Positions 61,135-64,000 of a DNA stretch of 64,000 nt are shown in pieces. The notes beneath the pieces are model-generated. The model saw nothing but the letters and a program-made list of their open reading frames with translations, did no database searches and was not told where the DNA came from. The DNA lies in the NCBI GenBank assembly GCA_035545015.1, contig DASZZD010000079.1, positions 623-64,622 of the forward strand, read 5' to 3'. Each line of letters starts with the position of its first letter. Within the stretch, counting starts at the first letter, position 1. The DNA is from Phycisphaerae bacterium. Its GTDB lineage: Bacteria; Planctomycetota; Phycisphaerae; WQYP01. The position numbers and the translations under genes are program-made.

Positions 61135-62694
61135 TTATTTGGTGGGGAGGGCGTCGTATTGGAAGTTTTTGAAGGTGACTTGGCCTTGGCCGGCGGCGTA
61201 GAGGGCGGGGCGGAGGGAGAGGAAGTCGCCGCGGGTGTTGTGGTTGTAGGTGGAGACGTTGATGCCGGTGGGGAAGCGGGTCCAGGTGATGCCGTCGGTG
61301 CTGGAGAACATGGAGAGGATGTTGCGGTCGTTGATGAGGCGGAGGTGGAGGGAGGAGGAGGGGGCGCGGGCGGAGGTGCGGTCGGCGCCGTAGCGGTGCA
61401 TGAAGAAGTGAGATTTGTCGAAGCCGAGGCCGGCATAGAGGCGGTCGTCGTAGAAGAGGAGGAGTCCGGCTTTGGCGTTGTCGGAGACTTCGGCTTCGAC
61501 CTGGACCTGGTAGGAATGGTCGCCGGTGATGAAGGTGAGGGGGGAGCAGTTGGCGGGGGAATCGCCTTTGGCCTGGAGGATGAGGGAGCTGTTTTGGTAG
61601 CGGAAGCGCTGGGCGTCGGTGTCGGAGCCTTTGTAGAAACTCCATTGGAGGCCCATTTTGTTGGTGGAGAAATCGTCGGAGAAGGCGAAGCCGTTGGGGA
61701 CGGCGGGGCCTTGTGGCTTGGGGATGGGTTTGGCGGGGTCGTAGCCGGCGGATTTGAACCAGCCGTCATCGGTCCAGGTGACGGGTTCGAGGAGGGTTTG
61801 GCGGCCGAGGGTGTAGAAGCCGTTTTCGTAGGCGTGGTAGACGATGTACCACTGGCCTGCGGGACCTTCGAACAGGGTGGCGTGGCCTTTGGACCACCAT
61901 TTTTCGTCGCGGCTTTGGGTGTGGATGATGGGGTTGTAGGGGGAATTTTCCCAGGGGCCTTCGAGGGATTTGGAGCGGGCGGAGACGACCATGTGGCTGG
62001 TGGGGGGGCCAGCGGTGCCACCTTCGGCGACGGTGAGGTAGTAATAGTCGCCATGGTGGGTGACCTTGGGGCCTTCGAGGGAGAAGCTTTCGACGATCCA
62101 GTCATCGGGATATTTCCATCCGTTGTAGACTTTGCGGGGCTTGGCGGTGGTGGAGAGGCCGTCGTCGGCGAGGGGGACGAGGTCGCCGCCGGAGAGGAAG
62201 AGGAAGCGGTGGCCATCGGGGGAGACGGCGTGGCCGGGATCGATTTCGGAGAGGTGGAGGTCGATGGGGTCGGACCAGGGGCCGTGGATGTTGTCGGCGG
62301 TGATGACGTAGTTGTCGTGGCGGCCGTCTTTGACGCCGGGGAAGTAGATGTAGTATTTGCCGTTGAATTTGGTGAGGTCTGGGGCCCAGACGCTGCCGAC
62401 GTTTTTGCGGAGGGCGGGTCCGACGGGTTCCCAGTTGACGAGGTCTTTGGAATGCCAGATGAGGAGGCCGGGGTAGGAATCGAAGGAGGAGTTGGTGAGG
62501 TAGTAGTCGTCGCCGTCCTTGAGGATGGAGGGGTCGGGGTGATCGCCGGGGAGGATGGGGTTGAGGTAGGAGCCGTTGCCGAGGTCGGCGTGGCGGTGGT
62601 GCTCGGAGGCAGCGGTGGGGGGGGCGGCGAGGGCGAGGAGGGGGAATGCCAAATGACAAATTACAAATGACAAATGAGGGAGGCGCGTGGGCAT
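61135..62694 (-). CDS. Glycoside hydrolase family 43 (beta-xylosidase/alpha-L-arabinofuranosidase type) with C-terminal beta-sandwich, secreted
   Basis: GDHPDPSIL…WAPD…GPWS GH43 catalytic motifs. Signal peptide encoded partly by a heptamer repeat. Start at ATG 62694. Confidence 0.85.
   Translation of the reverse strand: MPTRLPHLSFVICHLAFPLLALAAPPTAASEHHRHADLGNGSYLNPILPGDHPDPSILKDGDDYYLTNSSFDSYPGLLIWHSKDLVNWEPVGPALRKNVGSVWAPDLTKFNGKYYIYFPGVKDGRHDNYVITADNIHGPWSDPIDLHLSEIDPGHAVSPDGHRFLFLSGGDLVPLADDGLSTTAKPRKVYNGWKYPDDWIVESFSLEGPKVTHHGDYYYLTVAEGGTAGPPTSHMVVSARSKSLEGPWENSPYNPIIHTQSRDEKWWSKGHATLFEGPAGQWYIVYHAYENGFYTLGRQTLLEPVTWTDDGWFKSAGYDPAKPIPKPQGPAVPNGFAFSDDFSTNKMGLQWSFYKGSDTDAQRFRYQNSSLILQAKGDSPANCSPLTFITGDHSYQVQVEAEVSDNAKAGLLLFYDDRLYAGLGFDKSHFFMHRYGADRTSARAPSSSLHLRLINDRNILSMFSSTDGITWTRFPTGINVSTYNHNTRGDFLSLRPALYAAGQGQVTFKNFQYDALPTK
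62650..62677. repeat. Heptanucleotide tandem repeat CAAATKA x4 inside the GH43 signal-peptide coding region
   Basis: caaatga caaatta caaatga caaatga. On the coding strand it encodes LSFVICHLAF. Confidence 0.8.
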
Positions 62695-62827
62695 GGTTGG
62701 GGCTCCGGGTTGGGATGGGGGGAGTTTACTGCGGATGCGGGGGGAGGGGGAGGCGCACAAACAAGGAGAGAGGGAGAGGAGACAGGAGAGGGGATTGTTG
62801 TGGGGTTTTGGTTGGTATACTGGGTGT

Positions 62828-63058
62828 ATGACTGCGGAGCATTTTGACAGGATCATTCACGCGTTTCAGAAGCGGGCGCCGTTTCGGTCGTATACGGTGG
62901 AGCTTGTGAATGGGGCGCGGGTTGATGTGGATTATCCGGAGACGCTGGTGTTTCGGGGCGGGGTGGCGGTGTTTTTGTGTGCGGAGGGGGCGCCGGCGTT
63001 TTTCGATCATGAGTCGGTGGCGCAGGTGACGGATGCGAGTGGGCAGCGGGCGGCGTGA
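62828..63058 (+). CDS. Small hypothetical protein (~76 aa)
   Basis: MTAEHFDRIIHAFQKRAPFRSYTVELVNG…, host-like codon usage. No family recognised. Confidence 0.3.
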   Translation: MTAEHFDRIIHAFQKRAPFRSYTVELVNGARVDVDYPETLVFRGGVAVFLCAEGAPAFFDHESVAQVTDASGQRAA

Positions 63059-63095
63059 GGGACTGTACGATTGCGTCGGGTCACATGTGGTTCGA

Positions 63096-63114
63096 CACGG
63101 GCGGGACGCCCGTG
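63096..63114. repeat. REP-like perfect hairpin (copy 3), between convergent gene ends
   Basis: Same 19-mer. Confidence 0.8.
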
Positions 63115-63119
63115 CCACG

Positions 63120-64000
63120 TTAGTGGTCGAGTTCGAGTTTGATGCAGTCGTAGTTGATGACGCCGCCTGTGAGGTGGAGGGTGAGGGTGTTTTCGCCGGG
63201 GTGGAGGGAAGAGGTGGGGAATTTGAAGATTTTGGTTTCGTGGTAGGAGGAGCCCTGGATGGCGGAGCGGTAGGCGGCGGAGGAGTTGCCGCCTTTGTAG
63301 TCGCCGATGGGTTTGTCGTTGGCCAGGATTTCGAGGGAGGGGTTGCGGGTTTGGCCGGCGATGCCGAGGGTGAGGATGGCGTTGCCCTGGGGGACGGAAG
63401 GGAGGGTGAAGTGGATGGTCCAGTTGCCGGGGTTGGCCTGGGCGACGTACCAGTCTTTGGCGGGGTCGGATTTGCCGATGGTGAAGTCGAGGTTGGCGGG
63501 GATTTTGGAAGTCCAAGGGCGGGCGGCGCCGGAGGGGTCGGTGAAGCCGTATTGGCGGGGGAGGTCGGACATGTTGAAGCCGGTGGCGCGCCAGTTGGCG
63601 TCGCCGATCTGGAAGATTTTTTCGGCGTAGGTGGTGGGGGTGAAGTGGAGATCGCCGAGGTTGAGAGTGCCTGAGGCGGAAGTGGGGGGGGGGACGGTGA
63701 TGTCGTCTTTGCGGAACTGGTCGGTGACGCCGGGGATCATGGCGTAGAGGGTGTAGGAGCCGGGGCGGACGTGTTGGAGGGTGAAGTGGCCGGTGTCATC
63801 GGCGCGGGCGCTAAAGATGTAGTTGAGGGTTTCGACTTGCCAGTCTGCGGCGGGCGGGGAGGGTTGGGTGAGGACGATGAGGGCGTTTTTGGCGGGGGCG
63901 TGGGAGGGATCGAGGGTGAGGGTGCCGGTGATGTCGGCGCGCTGGAGGGGGTAGTCGGGGTTTTGCATCCATTGATAGGGCCACTGGGATTCCTGGTTTT
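63120..64000 (-). CDS. Polysaccharide lyase-like protein (rhamnogalacturonan lyase-type Fn3/CBM-like C-terminal region), 5' part beyond the window
   Basis: The reading frame continues past the Met at 63968 to the window edge. The C-terminal beta-sandwich pattern resembles RG lyase family 4 domains II/III. Medium-low confidence. Confidence 0.4.
   Translation of the reverse strand, partial: NQESQWPYQWMQNPDYPLQRADITGTLTLDPSHAPAKNALIVLTQPSPPAADWQVETLNYIFSARADDTGHFTLQHVRPGSYTLYAMIPGVTDQFRKDDITVPPPTSASGTLNLGDLHFTPTTYAEKIFQIGDANWRATGFNMSDLPRQYGFTDPSGAARPWTSKIPANLDFTIGKSDPAKDWYVAQANPGNWTIHFTLPSVPQGNAILTLGIAGQTRNPSLEILANDKPIGDYKGGNSSAAYRSAIQGSSYHETKIFKFPTSSLHPGENTLTLHLTGGVINYDCIKLELDH

Overview
This is a high-GC (about 65-70%) bacterial chromosomal window with dense coding on both strands. 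Most of it is core metabolism and envelope genes, with several small, compositionally foreign toxin-antitoxin (TA) or defence-like insertions and a number of repeat families. The lineage looks like a PVC-type organism (DUF4416, Reg_prop propeller, GH43 and sialate-esterase genes), but I hold that with low confidence.

Host genes I can recognise, in order:
- sensor histidine kinase, the prkA-yeaH/yhbH stress kinase pair, a TAT-secreted aldo-keto reductase
- yicC, secG, tpiA, gap, a serA-like dehydrogenase, gnd, an Ldh_2-family oxidoreductase, an SDR
- a TIGR01777 epimerase, dnaE, an entericidin lipoprotein, ribH-nusB, a YHS-domain protein
- araA-araB-araD, a sialate O-acetylesterase, htrA
- a polysaccharide assembly set (WecA-like, O-antigen ligase, flippase, two GT4 glycosyltransferases)
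- a fatty-acid desaturase, a BMP-family ABC importer, an M50 protease, an acyl-CoA synthetase, a TPR-SPOR lipoprotein, a BNR propeller protein
- an SRPBCC protein, a Reg_prop propeller protein, an AAA+ ATPase, GH43, and a partial rhamnogalacturonan-lyase-like gene at the right edge

Small genes with atypical codon usage sit in gaps between conserved genes:
- a VapC(PIN)-antitoxin pair at the left edge
- a RES-Xre pair inside the prkA-yeaH operon
- a canonical HEPN-domain gene plus an overlapping small partner between the serA-like gene and gnd
- a Uma2 endonuclease and an orphan HigA-like HTH gene on either side of the Ldh_2-family gene

The most unusual observations are:
1. Codon third positions are locked to the DNA strand rather than to gene orientation. 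The plus strand is G/T-rich at codon 3 from 1 to about 34.76 kb, C-rich from 34.76 to 53.64 kb, and G-rich again after 53.64 kb. I read this as a recent inversion of about 18.9 kb whose breakpoints fall between convergent gene pairs and which splits the polysaccharide cluster.
2. The AAA+ ATPase gene, whose N-terminal domain I cannot assign, is bracketed by roughly 190-bp direct repeats and sits beside a decamer array.
3. A perfect 19-bp REP-like hairpin occurs three times, always at gene 3' ends.
4. A 27-bp triple CACGAAA element occurs twice.
5. Heptanucleotide tandem repeats occur at three loci, one of them inside the signal-peptide coding region of GH43.

Many long ORFs on the six-frame track are GC-driven antisense artefacts and are not reported as genes. 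I found no rRNA, tRNA, CRISPR array, transposase or integrase.
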